A program made the translations under genes and the position numbers. A stretch of DNA of 64,000 nucleotides from an uncultured Gemmatimonadales bacterium (GTDB lineage: Bacteria > Gemmatimonadota > Gemmatimonadetes > Gemmatimonadales > Gemmatimonadaceae), in NCBI GenBank assembly GCA_963793305.1, contig CAWBZV010000014.1:128001-192000 (forward strand), read 5' to 3'. This document shows positions 35,391-47,686 of this stretch, in pieces. Numbering within the stretch: the stretch's first letter is position 1; every line of letters starts with the position of its first letter. The notes beneath the pieces are model-generated. The model did no database searches and was not told where the DNA came from. It saw only the letters and a list, made by a program, of their open reading frames with translations.

Positions 35391-36150
35391 ATGGCGCTCG
35401 TGACAACCGAGGCCGTTGTGCTGCACGCGTTCGACTACATGGAGTCGTCGCGGATCTATCGCCTCCTGACGCGTGATCGTGGGCTGCAATCCGCGCTGGC
35501 GAAAGGCGCCCGGCGCGCGAGGGCGAAAGTCGGCAGCTCGGTCGACCTCTTCGCGCAGGGGGAAGCGCATCTCTACGTCAAGCAGGGGCGCGATCTGCAC
35601 ACACTGGCGACGTTCGATGTCACGCGCTCGCGCACGGCGCTGGTGGCTGTGCCCGGGCGGTTCACGGCGGCGGCGGCGTTGGCCGAGCTGGTGCTGCGGT
35701 TCATGCAGGAAGATCCCGTTGGTGGTCCCGCGATCTTCGACACCGTCGTTCACGGTCTGGAGATGATCAGCGCGGCGGACGCCGCCGCCGTTCGCGAAGC
35801 CGGCCTCTCGGCCGCGTGGTCGCTCGTCGCCGAGCTCGGATTCGCGCCGGAGGTCGAGCACTGCAGCAGCTGCCACTCGGCGGTCGAGCCCACGATCGCC
35901 GCGGCGTTCAGCTGCCCGGCAGGAGGGGTGCTGTGCGAGCGCTGCGCGCGCGGGGCGTCCGTCAAACGACTCCTTCCGCCGAGGGCGCGCGAGGCGCTCG
36001 TTCGCTGGTCCGCCGGCGAGCGGTCGACGATCGCCGACGATGGTGACGGTCGGGCGCACCAGCGCCTCCTGCGCGAGTTCGTGTCCGAGCATTCTGGCCG
36101 AGTCGCGAGAGCTCCGCGCATTCACGGCGTGGGAAACTAACGTCATATGA
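35391..36150 (+). CDS. recO: DNA repair protein RecO, frameshift near the 3' end (~36092)
   Basis: EAVVL...ESSRI, AKGARR, CSSC...CERC zinc finger. Corrected tail [12 protein letters not shown] ends at TGA overlapping the selB ATG. Confidence 0.9.
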
Positions 36151-38012
36151 TCCTCGGCACGGCCGGGCATATCGACCACGGGAAGACCGCGCTGGTCAAA
36201 GCGCTGACCGGTGTGGATACCGACCGGCTGCCCGAGGAGCGACGGCGGGGGATCACGATCGAGCTCGGATTCGCGCCACTCGTGCTGGAGGGCGTCGGCA
36301 CGGTCGGTGTGGTTGACGTGCCGGGCCACGAGGCGTTCGTCAGGACCATGCTCGCCGGAGCGAGCGGGATCGATCTGGCGTTGCTTGTCGTGGCGGCGGA
36401 TGAGGGGCCGATGCCGCAGACGCGGGAGCATTCGGCGATACTCGACCTGCTCGGCATCCGCGCCGGGGTGGTCGCGCTGACGAAAGTAGACCTGGTCGAT
36501 CCCGACTGGCTGGCCCTCGTGCGGGAAGATCTCGGCGGCTTACTCGCGACTTCGTCGCTCGCCACCGCTCCCATGGTCGACACATTGGTCCTGACGGGTG
36601 CGGGGCTCGACGATCTGCGAGTGGCGCTGACTAGCGCCGCCCTGGCGATTCCACGGCGGGACGACGCCGACCTCTTTCGCATGCCGGTCGACCGGGCGTT
36701 CACCATCAAGGGCACCGGCACCGTGGTCACGGGCACCGTGTGGAGCGGGTCGCTGAGTAGGGACGCTGTCGTCCGGATCATGCCCGGCGGGCGAGAGGCG
36801 CGCGTGCGGGGCCTGGAGTCGCACGGCCAGTCAGTCGACCGGGTGACGCCGGGATCGCGGGCCGCCGTGAGTCTGGGCGGTGTCGACGTCGGCGATGTGC
36901 CTCGCGGGTCGACGCTGGTGACCGACGCGGCGTGGACCGAAGCGAGCGTCATCCGGGCGGACGTTCGCCTCGTCGACGGGGCCGAGCTCGGACCCCGCAC
37001 GCGGGTGCGCTTCCACCTCGGCACGAGGGATGTCAGTGCACGGGTCGTTGCCAGATCAGGCAACGGAGACAAGGCAGCCCGCATCGTGCTGGACGAGCCG
37101 ATCGTCGCTCGGGGAGGGGATCGGTTTGTCCTCAGAACCGCGTCGCCAGTGTCCACGGTAGGAGGCGGTGTCATCACTGACCCGTCGCCAGTGGGGCGGC
37201 GTGTGAGAGTGTGGCAGGGGTCGGGGTACAGCGTCGGTGAGCGTCTAGAATTGTTGATAACTGATGCTGGTGAGTCAGGTCTTGAGCGCACACGCCTCCC
37301 AGTGCGACTCGGTATCACAAAAGATCGCATCGAATCAACACTAGATAACACTAGTCAACAGTATGTAGTAATTAATGATAAACTATTCGACATGCTGTGG
37401 ATTGGTAGCGCTGAAGACCGCGTGCTCGCCGATGTCGATGCGTTCCATGCGCGCGAGCCGCTAGAGGCGGGAATGTCGCTACAAGCGATTCGCAGCGGGC
37501 TAGGTGTAGTACCAGTAGTGGCCAATGCGGTCGTCTCGCGATTGGTGGAGCGCGGCCTCGTGGTCGTCGATCGCGGGTTAGTGCATCGGAACGGATGGTC
37601 ACCGAGCCCGAGTTTGGCGCAGCGGTCAGCGCTCGACGCAGTGGAGCGGGTTCTGCATCAATCTGGAAGGGAGCCGCCGAGCGTTGGCGAGCTGGCGGCG
37701 ACGTACGGGTCCGAAGTTGGAGCGATTCTGCGTTTGCTCGAACGGAGGGGGCAGATCGTTCAAGTTGAGCCGGATCGGTATTATGCAGTATCGGCGCTGG
37801 AGGCCGTGGTTTCGGACCTTCGGCGTGGGACTGAGACCGGAAGGGCCTATGGGCCGTCAGAACTGAGGGAGGTCCTGGGGGTATCCAGGAAGTATCTGAT
37901 CCCATTGTTGGAATATTGTGACCGGAGGGCGGTCACTGCACGAAGAGAGTCGGGTAGGATCGTGCAACCGTTTGATGCAGTTGACAGTCAGTTGGATAGA
38001 CGCCTATCGTAG
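36147..38012 (+). CDS. selB: Selenocysteine-specific elongation factor SelB
   Basis: [29 protein letters not shown], winged-helix tail [11 protein letters not shown]. Confidence 0.96.
   Translation: MILGTAGHIDHGKTALVKALTGVDTDRLPEERRRGITIELGFAPLVLEGVGTVGVVDVPGHEAFVRTMLAGASGIDLALLVVAADEGPMPQTREHSAILDLLGIRAGVVALTKVDLVDPDWLALVREDLGGLLATSSLATAPMVDTLVLTGAGLDDLRVALTSAALAIPRRDDADLFRMPVDRAFTIKGTGTVVTGTVWSGSLSRDAVVRIMPGGREARVRGLESHGQSVDRVTPGSRAAVSLGGVDVGDVPRGSTLVTDAAWTEASVIRADVRLVDGAELGPRTRVRFHLGTRDVSARVVARSGNGDKAARIVLDEPIVARGGDRFVLRTASPVSTVGGGVITDPSPVGRRVRVWQGSGYSVGERLELLITDAGESGLERTRLPVRLGITKDRIESTLDNTSQQYVVINDKLFDMLWIGSAEDRVLADVDAFHAREPLEAGMSLQAIRSGLGVVPVVANAVVSRLVERGLVVVDRGLVHRNGWSPSPSLAQRSALDAVERVLHQSGREPPSVGELAATYGSEVGAILRLLERRGQIVQVEPDRYYAVSALEAVVSDLRRGTETGRAYGPSELREVLGVSRKYLIPLLEYCDRRAVTARRESGRIVQPFDAVDSQLDRRLS
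37981..38010 (+). promoter_or_regulatory. Sigma70-type promoter for the 38073 gene
   Basis: TTGACA (37981-37986), 18-bp spacer, TATCGT (38005-38010). Confidence 0.6.
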
Positions 38013-38072
38013 TGATGGGCCGTCACTAAGGAGCTAGGCGCAACTTTCTTTCGTCAGTCTCGGAGCGTTCGT

Positions 38073-38528
38073 ATGGTTAGCCGTTGGGCAGCACTTGTTT
38101 TTGTGCTTGCTCTCGGTGTGTTGGTACCACGACACGCCTTGGCGCAGGGAGGGACTCTTCCTGCACCGGGGAAAAGTCGTCCCGGGTTGGTCTTAGGATC
38201 GAGCTACCCGAACCCCTTGGTTTCGGAGACGAGGATTCCGTTCACGGTTGGTGATAGTACGTGCACGGGATCGACGCGGCAGTACAAGGTCAGTCTCCGG
38301 ATCTACAATCTGTTGGCCCAGCTGGTGGCGGTGCCGGTGTTGCAGAATGGTACCATCACGCTTGCCGGGGGCGAGCCGTTAGGGGGTGTGCTACTCACCT
38401 GTGGCAGGTACACGGCGTATTGGAATGGCACGTCAGTGATGGATAAGCAGCGCGTCGCGCCAGGAGTGTATCTCTATCAACTGGACGTTGACGGGCAGAC
38501 TGACGTGAAGAAGATATTGGTCCAATAG
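38073..38528 (+). CDS. Exported protein made of a single T9SS-CTD/FlgD-Ig-like domain
   Basis: Signal peptide ending ALA-Q, then YPNP, LRIYNLL, YWNG, PGVYLYQL, KKILVQ. Confidence 0.8.
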   Translation: MVSRWAALVFVLALGVLVPRHALAQGGTLPAPGKSRPGLVLGSSYPNPLVSETRIPFTVGDSTCTGSTRQYKVSLRIYNLLAQLVAVPVLQNGTITLAGGEPLGGVLLTCGRYTAYWNGTSVMDKQRVAPGVYLYQLDVDGQTDVKKILVQ

Positions 38529-38529
38529 C

Positions 38530-38569
38530 AAGACGCTCCGGCCCCTGTGGCGCGGGGCGTCTTTTTTTG
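38530..38569 (+). terminator. Rho-independent terminator
   Basis: AAGACGCTCCG...CGGGGCGTCTT stem running into a T7 tract, just after stop 38528. Confidence 0.85.
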
Positions 38570-38632
38570 TGCGCGTGGCGCTTCGCGCCTACGCACACTG
38601 TAATCGAGCCCCAGGCGAAGCGCCGCGCGCAC

Positions 38633-39059
38633 CTAGATGGCTGGTTTCTTGGCCGGAGGCACAACCGGCTGCCGTACGCCAGGTGTGCCAGGCGGACGAG
38701 CGACCGAAGGCGCCGCAGGCGCTGAGGGAGTTGTCGTCCGGTTGGGGACGGGATGCGCAGCCTTGTTCGCGGCGGCCGCCACGCGAGCATCGATCGCGTG
38801 AAGCAACTCCACCGCGTGATCCGGCCGCTCGGCGAGCCGACTCGCCACACTCTCGAGCACGGTCGGCGTGAGCCGATACACCCGGAGTACGGAGTCCCGC
38901 TTGCGGACGCGGCCAGCGCTATCCAGACTGGTATCCTGGGCCACCAACCGAAGCCCAGTCATGGACCTGACGAACGTCGAATCGCTGACATCGCTCCCAG
39001 TCGGATGTCGGCACGCCAGGCTGGCGGCTGCTATGATAATCCCTAGGCCAGCGCGGCAT
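38633..39059 (-). CDS. Hypothetical helical lipoprotein with Pro-rich tail (start uncertain, possible indel at ~39042)
   Basis: [10 protein letters not shown] lipobox and DSTFV...RDSVLR. ATG 39059 joins the frame if one base of the C3 run is removed. Confidence 0.6.
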
Positions 39060-39127
39060 GCCGGCCGCGCCCAAACGTGCCAGTTTCGCGGCCTAGAGGC
39101 GGTCCTCCGATTGCGAATCACAGACGC

Positions 39128-41733
<2,606 letters not shown>

Positions 41734-41737
<4 letters not shown>

Positions 41738-42195
41738 GGATCGATGAGCGCGATGCCGTCTTCATGACATTGGCGCTCGACGAAGCACGTGCGGCGGCGT
41801 CGGCGGGCGAAGTGCCCGTCGGCGCCGTCGTCGTATTCGGCGACACGATCGTGGCGCGAGCGAGCAATCGCATGCGCCGCGACAACGAGGCCACGGCGCA
41901 CGCGGAGTCCCTGGCGATCCGCGCCGCCTATCTCACGCTCGGCCGTCCCCGGCTCGAAGGATGCACGTTGTACGTGACCCTCGAGCCGTGCGCGATGTGC
42001 GCGGGCGCGATCGTGCTGGCGCGGTTCGACCGGATCGTGTTCGGCGCCTGGGACGAGAAAGCCGGCATGGCGGGATCGGTCGGCGATCTCCTCAGGCACC
42101 CGCGCTTGAATCACCGACCGGAGGTCGCGGCCGGTGTCTGCGCCGACGAGTGCGGCGCGCTCCTCACGGCCTTCTTCGCGGCGCGCCGTCAGTAG
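41734..42195 (+). CDS. tadA: tRNA adenosine(34) deaminase
   Basis: [22 protein letters not shown]. Confidence 0.93.
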
Positions 42196-43469
42196 AGCGC
42201 ATACAGGTTTCCATCGGCGCTTCCGATGTACAGCGTGTGGTCGACGATGACCGGCGACGACAGGATGGCGCCGAGGATGAATTGTTTCTCGACGAGGGCG
42301 ACCATCGTGTCGTAGAACGGCTCGAAATGCTTGCCGGCGAAGTCGATCGTGCCGTCCGGCTTGAGGTACGCTGGCAAGTGGGCGCGCGACCCATCACTCT
42401 GGAACGTCCAGGCTGATTTCTTCGTGTTCAGGTCGACAGCCGTTAGCGTGCCGTCCCAGTTGCCGACGTACAGCCAATGTCCGGCGAGGGCTGGCGACCC
42501 AAAGATGTACCAGCGCACCGGCAACTCGAACACCGTGGCCCCGGTCTTGGCATCGAGCGCCCAAATGCGCTTGGAGTCGCTCGTGCCAAAATACACCTTA
42601 CCGTCGCGCACCGCGGGCGAGCTGACGACCCAGGAGCCGTGGTTGTCGAACGACCACTTCTGGGCGCCGGTCTGCGCGTCGAGGGCATAGAACTTCGAGT
42701 CTCGGCATCCGAAGTAGACCATGCCATCGGCTACCGCGGCCGAGCTCTGAATGCCGACCTGATTATGAATGTCGGGATCTTCGCCGGTCTTGAATCGCCA
42801 TTTGAGAGTGCCCGTCGCGGCGTTGAGCGCGTAGAACCAACTGTCCCAGCTTCCGATATACACGACGCCGTCGGCGATCGCGGGCGATGCGTGGATGACA
42901 TCACCCGTCTGATACTTCCAACGCAGTGAGCCTGACGCGGCGTCGACCGCGTAGACATAGCCGTCACCGCTGCCGAAGTACACGACACCGTTGGACACCG
43001 CCGGCGATGACAGAAAGACGTTGAACGGGTCGGGCATCCGCTCGGCGACTGGCAGCACGCCGTGGAGGTGCGTTCCCGCGAACCGGCGCTCCCCTTGGGT
43101 CGCGAACTTCCATTTCAGCGTGCCGGCAGATGCGTCAGCCGCGTACAGATTCCCGTCGTAACTCACGACATAGACGACGCCGTTCGACACGGCTGGCGAG
43201 GATGTCACGCGGGCGCCGGTCGCGAGCTTCCAGCGCAGGGTCCCGTGGCCCAAATCGACCGCATACAGGTTGCCATCGGTGCTGCCAACGTACGCGGTCC
43301 GGCCTGCGATGGCGGGTGATGCGATCACGCGACCGCCGGTGTGGAACCGCCATTTGACGCCGGCCAGCTTCGCGATGCCGGTATCACCGTAGACAGCCGT
43401 GTGCGCGAGGTCGCCACGGAACATCGCGGTCTGGAGCAGGGCGACGCAGCCGAGCAGGAGTAAGGGCAT
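42189..43469 (-). CDS. Exported PQQ-like (BamB-like) beta-propeller repeat protein
   Basis: Repeated SSPA..G.VY.GS.DG..YA.DA..G...W units; MFRGD start motif. Confidence 0.9.
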   Translation of the reverse strand: MPLLLLGCVALLQTAMFRGDLAHTAVYGDTGIAKLAGVKWRFHTGGRVIASPAIAGRTAYVGSTDGNLYAVDLGHGTLRWKLATGARVTSSPAVSNGVVYVVSYDGNLYAADASAGTLKWKFATQGERRFAGTHLHGVLPVAERMPDPFNVFLSSPAVSNGVVYFGSGDGYVYAVDAASGSLRWKYQTGDVIHASPAIADGVVYIGSWDSWFYALNAATGTLKWRFKTGEDPDIHNQVGIQSSAAVADGMVYFGCRDSKFYALDAQTGAQKWSFDNHGSWVVSSPAVRDGKVYFGTSDSKRIWALDAKTGATVFELPVRWYIFGSPALAGHWLYVGNWDGTLTAVDLNTKKSAWTFQSDGSRAHLPAYLKPDGTIDFAGKHFEPFYDTMVALVEKQFILGAILSSPVIVDHTLYIGSADGNLYALY

Positions 43470-43537
43470 TCGGTGAACTTGCGGACGACTTCCCGGATTT
43501 GACACGTTCGAGTGATGAAATCACCGATGGCGGGGGC

Positions 43538-44050
43538 GTGATAGACTACCCGTACTTCCGACCGACACCCACGGAGTTGGCCGCGTTCATCGCGAGCCAG
43601 CGAATGGGACGACTGGTGACAGCGAATGCGGAGGGATGTCCGCACATTGGCCTCTATCCGTTTGTCACGGATGGAGACGCGGTCGAGGTGCATCTCGTGG
43701 AAGGTGATGGCCAGGTCGCCGACATCCGCCAGAACCCCAGGGTCGTGTTCGAGGTCGACGAGATCCTCGCGTTCATGCCCTCGTATTTGGAGCATCCGGA
43801 GAGCGGCCAAAAAGCCGATCACCACTATCGGACGGCGATGATCGAGGGCGAGGCGCGTATCGCAGACGAGCCCGACGCGGTCGCCGAGCACCTCAGTCGA
43901 CTCATCGCACGGTATCAACCCGAAGGCAGATATCGTCCGGTGACCGCGACGGATCCCATGTACGCCCCGGGCGTTGCCCGCCTTGTCATGATCCGCGTCG
44001 AACCCGCGCGAGTATGGGCCAAATTCAAATTGGGCCAGCAGCCAAGATGA
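43538..44050 (+). CDS. FMN-binding split-barrel protein (PaiB/pyridoxamine-oxidase-like)
   Basis: GRLVT...PHI, NPRVVFEVD, AKFKLGQ. Confidence 0.75.
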   Translation: MIDYPYFRPTPTELAAFIASQRMGRLVTANAEGCPHIGLYPFVTDGDAVEVHLVEGDGQVADIRQNPRVVFEVDEILAFMPSYLEHPESGQKADHHYRTAMIEGEARIADEPDAVAEHLSRLIARYQPEGRYRPVTATDPMYAPGVARLVMIRVEPARVWAKFKLGQQPR

Positions 44051-44823
44051 AAACGCTCCTGACCGGTGTGGCAATGGGTGAGTCGCCGCGGTGGCACGAG
44101 GGGCGTCTCTGGTTCTCTGATTGGGGCGCGCAGGAGATCATCGCCGTAGACCCTCAGGGCAAGCGGGAAGTCGTGCGCCGCGTACCGTTCGAGCTGCCAT
44201 TCTCATTCGACTGGCTCCCCAACGGCCGCCTGATCGTGATCGCGGGCCGCGAGGCCAAAATCCACGATGACTACGCGGATCTTTCGTCGATCGCAGCAGG
44301 CTGGAACGAGATCGTCGTCGACGGGCGCGGCAACACGTACGTCAACGGCACCGGCGTCATCGCGCTGGTCAGACCGGACGGATCAGTCGAGCGCGTCGGT
44401 GACGGCGGAGCGTTCCCGAACGGCATGGCCGTGACACCCGACAACGCGACGCTCATTCTCGCCGAGTCCTACGCACGGCAACTGGCCGCGTTCGACATCG
44501 CGGCCGACGGGACGCTGTCGAATCGGCGCACGTGGGCCGCGCTCGGCAATGGCGTGCCTGACGGGATATGCATGGATGCCGATGGCGCCGTCTGGTACGC
44601 CGACGTGCCGAACAAGTGCTGCGTCCGCGTGCGCGAGGGTGGCGACGTGCTCGACAAGGTGCAACTCGACCGCGGCGGGTTTGCGTGCATGCTCGGCGGC
44701 AGCACATTGTACATCGTCGCCAACGAGTGGCGCGGCATGGACAAGGTCGCCGAGGTCGCGGCGGCACGAACTGGACAGATTCTTACGATCGAAGCACCCT
44801 CTCCTCACACTGGATGGCCATGA
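44047..44823 (+). CDS. SMP-30/gluconolactonase-family protein
   Basis: GESPRW, FPNGMA, PDGICMDADG. Confidence 0.9.
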   Translation: MKTLLTGVAMGESPRWHEGRLWFSDWGAQEIIAVDPQGKREVVRRVPFELPFSFDWLPNGRLIVIAGREAKIHDDYADLSSIAAGWNEIVVDGRGNTYVNGTGVIALVRPDGSVERVGDGGAFPNGMAVTPDNATLILAESYARQLAAFDIAADGTLSNRRTWAALGNGVPDGICMDADGAVWYADVPNKCCVRVREGGDVLDKVQLDRGGFACMLGGSTLYIVANEWRGMDKVAEVAAARTGQILTIEAPSPHTGWP

Positions 44824-45200
44824 ACGCATATCTGTCAGCATCGCTCACGGTGAAAGACGTTCGGACGAGCGTCGCCTGGTACCGCAATGTGTTGGGATTC
44901 ACCGTCAGTCAGGAGCACGAGCGCGGCGGCGTGCTCCGCGCGGTTTCGATGAGCGCCGGCGCCGCTGCCGCCGCAATCCTTTTGAGTCAGGACAATGGCG
45001 CGAAGGGCGCCGACCGCGCGAAAGGCGAGGGGATTTCGCTGATGCTCACGACCGAGAACGTCAATGACCTCGCGGCGCAAGCGAAGGCTCACGGTGCGAC
45101 GCTCGACTCCGAGCCGGCCGACATGGGTGGACGGAGAGCGTTTCGGCTCCGGGACCCGGACGGATTCCGGCTTACCATCGCCACCGAGCGGAAGGCCTAG
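44820..45200 (+). CDS. VOC (glyoxalase) family protein
   Basis: LTVKDV..SVAWY..VLGF and RDPDGF. Confidence 0.88.
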   Translation: MNAYLSASLTVKDVRTSVAWYRNVLGFTVSQEHERGGVLRAVSMSAGAAAAAILLSQDNGAKGADRAKGEGISLMLTTENVNDLAAQAKAHGATLDSEPADMGGRRAFRLRDPDGFRLTIATERKA

Positions 45201-45202
45201 AC

Positions 45203-46309
45203 GTGTCGTCCATATTCAGTCCGCTTCGGGTTGGGGATCTGGAGCTCGCCAATCGCGTGGCCATGGCGCCGATGACGCGCCTGCGTGCCGGGAGGACGGG
45301 GACGCCAACCGTCCTCAACGCGACCTACTACGCGCAACGCGCGAGCGCCGGGCTCATTATCACGGAAGCAACGGACATCTCAGCCCAAGCCACGGGCTAC
45401 GCCGGCGCACCGGGAATCTGGTCGGCCGATCAGATCGCTGGCTGGCGGCTCGTCACGCGGGCCGTGCACGAGCGCGGCGGGAAGATCCTCGTGCAGCTGT
45501 GGCATACGGGCCGGATCTCGCACCCATCGCTGCAGCCAGGTGGTGCGCTACCGGTCGCGCCATCGGCGATCGCTCCGAAGGGCGACGCCGTGACGTGGAC
45601 CGGGAAGCAGCCATTCGTCACGCCGCGCGCGCTCTCGATTGAGGAGATTCCCGGCATCGTGCAGCAGTTCGAGCAGGCGGCGCGCAACGCACGCGAGGCG
45701 GACTTCGACGGCGTCGAGATACACGGGGCGAACGGGTATCTCATCGACCAGTTCCTGCGCAATGGCGCTAACCATCGGACCAATGCCTACGGCGGGACGC
45801 CAACGAACCGCGCGCGGTTGCTCTTCGAGGTCGTCGAGGCGGTCGTCGGCGTGTGGGGCTCCGGTCGCGTGGGCGTGCGCCTGTCGCCGCTCGGAACCAA
45901 CTCCAGTATGAGCGACAGCGACCCAATGCAAACCTATCATGTGGTCGCCGAAGGCCTCAGCCGCTTTCATCTCGCGTTTCTCGAAGCGCGCGTAGCGTTG
46001 CCCGCGGGCAATGCCATGCTGCGCATGCTCCGTGAGACGTTCCACGGTCGCCTCATGCTGAACGAAGGCATGACGCTCGATACTGCCAACGCACTCATCG
46101 CGAGCGGCGAGATCGATCTGGCGAGCTTCGCGCGGCCGTTCATTGGGAACCCCGACCTCGTCGCGCGGTTCGCCCAGGGAGCGCCGTTGGCCACGAGCAA
46201 CAATGCCACGTGGTACGGCGGCGAGGCGGCGGGGTACGTCGATTATCCGTCGCTCACTGCCGTTGGAACAGCACCTCCTGAATCTTCCCGTCTGGCGTCC
46301 GATACATGA
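45203..46309 (+). CDS. Old-yellow-enzyme alkene reductase (NemA-like)
   Basis: MAPMTR, YYAQRA, QLWHTGR, EIHGANGYL, RPFIGNPDL. Confidence 0.94.
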   Translation: MSSIFSPLRVGDLELANRVAMAPMTRLRAGRTGTPTVLNATYYAQRASAGLIITEATDISAQATGYAGAPGIWSADQIAGWRLVTRAVHERGGKILVQLWHTGRISHPSLQPGGALPVAPSAIAPKGDAVTWTGKQPFVTPRALSIEEIPGIVQQFEQAARNAREADFDGVEIHGANGYLIDQFLRNGANHRTNAYGGTPTNRARLLFEVVEAVVGVWGSGRVGVRLSPLGTNSSMSDSDPMQTYHVVAEGLSRFHLAFLEARVALPAGNAMLRMLRETFHGRLMLNEGMTLDTANALIASGEIDLASFARPFIGNPDLVARFAQGAPLATSNNATWYGGEAAGYVDYPSLTAVGTAPPESSRLASDT

Positions 46310-47675
46310 GGGCGCCGGCGGACTGCTTGCCGGTGGTGAAGTGGATCACCGCGACCTCCATGCCGCCCCGCTCCGCGGTATTATCGACCTCGACGTTGCT
46401 GATTGGGCCCAGTGACTTGGTCGCACTCTGTATGAGCGCCGGCGTAAGGAACGCGCTGTAATCATCGCCCAGCGTCGAGCGGTCCACGTGTCCCGATTGC
46501 AACCCAACTAGGAACGTCCGCGCGGCATCGCGGGCTGATGGGCCGTTGATCGTGGGCACGTCGACGTGCGGCACGAGCTTGTCGAGAATGTGGTCCTCGA
46601 GCGAGTCGAGCGATGCGAAATCCGTGTTCGCCATCATGACGATCGCCGAGCGGGTCGCGGGCACGACAATGTTCTCGGCCACGAATCCGCTCACGGCTCC
46701 GCCATGTCTAAACACGACGGCTGGCCCCTCTTCGACTATGCCGTCTCCGCAGCCATAGCCCGTCGAACGCCCGTCCTTCAAACGGCGCGGCGTCGTGAGC
46801 GTCCGGTACGAGTCGTCGGACAGCACTTTGCCGCCGATCAACGCCATGTCCCAGGCCGCGATGTCGCTCGGCGTCGACCAGATCGCGCCCGCGCTTCCGG
46901 CCCAGCCACGCCCTTCGGGCTCGGCGGGGAACGCTGAGCCGAGTGCGTACGTGGTGTAGCCGGTCGCCATCGCTGGTGTGTGATCGACCGGGTCGAATTG
47001 CGTATGCGTCATCCCGACCGGTGTGAAGATGCGCTGGGCGAGGAACGCGCCGAACGGCTGGCCGCCGGCTTGCTCGACGACGCGACCGAGAATAAGAAAG
47101 TTCGTGTTGCTGTAGGACCAGCGCGTGCCCGGGTCGAAGTCCAGTGGGCGCGTCGCGTACTCGTCGATGATCTGATCCGCGGTCGCGGGCTTTTGCATCT
47201 CGCGATCGACGAAATCGAGCGGATAGAAATCGCGATAGCCCGAGACATGGTTGCCGAGGTCGAGCAGCGTGATGTCGCCGGCGCGGGTGAGCTTCGGGAA
47301 GTACTTGGCCACGGGATCCTGCAGCGTGAGCTTCCCATCCTGGGCGAGGAGGAGCACGGCCGAGCAGGTGAACTGCTTCGTGACCGAGCCGACGGCGAAC
47401 ATCGTCTCGGCCGAGACCGAGTCGTGAGAAGCGAGCGTCTTGAGGCCGTAGCCCTTGGCCAGAACGACTTTGCCGTCCTGCGCGACGGCGACCGAGAGTC
47501 CGACGAGGTGCTTGTCGGTCACGGTCGCGCGGATCAAGCTGTCGATCTGTGCGACCGATACCGGCGCAACGGGCACCGTGCCGACAATGGCGTACGCACT
47601 CGTGGTGACCGTTGGGACGGGTTTGCTACAGGCCGCGAGGAGACTGACGATCGCCACACTGAACGCTATTCGCAT
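46254..47675 (-). CDS. Serine hydrolase, beta-lactamase/class C-like lipoprotein
   Basis: LLAAC lipobox, SVTK (SxxK), YSN, HGG. Confidence 0.92.
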   Translation of the reverse strand: MRIAFSVAIVSLLAACSKPVPTVTTSAYAIVGTVPVAPVSVAQIDSLIRATVTDKHLVGLSVAVAQDGKVVLAKGYGLKTLASHDSVSAETMFAVGSVTKQFTCSAVLLLAQDGKLTLQDPVAKYFPKLTRAGDITLLDLGNHVSGYRDFYPLDFVDREMQKPATADQIIDEYATRPLDFDPGTRWSYSNTNFLILGRVVEQAGGQPFGAFLAQRIFTPVGMTHTQFDPVDHTPAMATGYTTYALGSAFPAEPEGRGWAGSAGAIWSTPSDIAAWDMALIGGKVLSDDSYRTLTTPRRLKDGRSTGYGCGDGIVEEGPAVVFRHGGAVSGFVAENIVVPATRSAIVMMANTDFASLDSLEDHILDKLVPHVDVPTINGPSARDAARTFLVGLQSGHVDRSTLGDDYSAFLTPALIQSATKSLGPISNVEVDNTAERGGMEVAVIHFTTGKQSAGALMYRTPDGKIQEVLFQRQ

Positions 47676-47686
47676 AGTACCCTGGT

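Noticed and set aside
37340..37385. dif site
   Set aside because: Partial resemblance (TAAACT end) but no TTATGT XerD arm or 11-6-11 layout.
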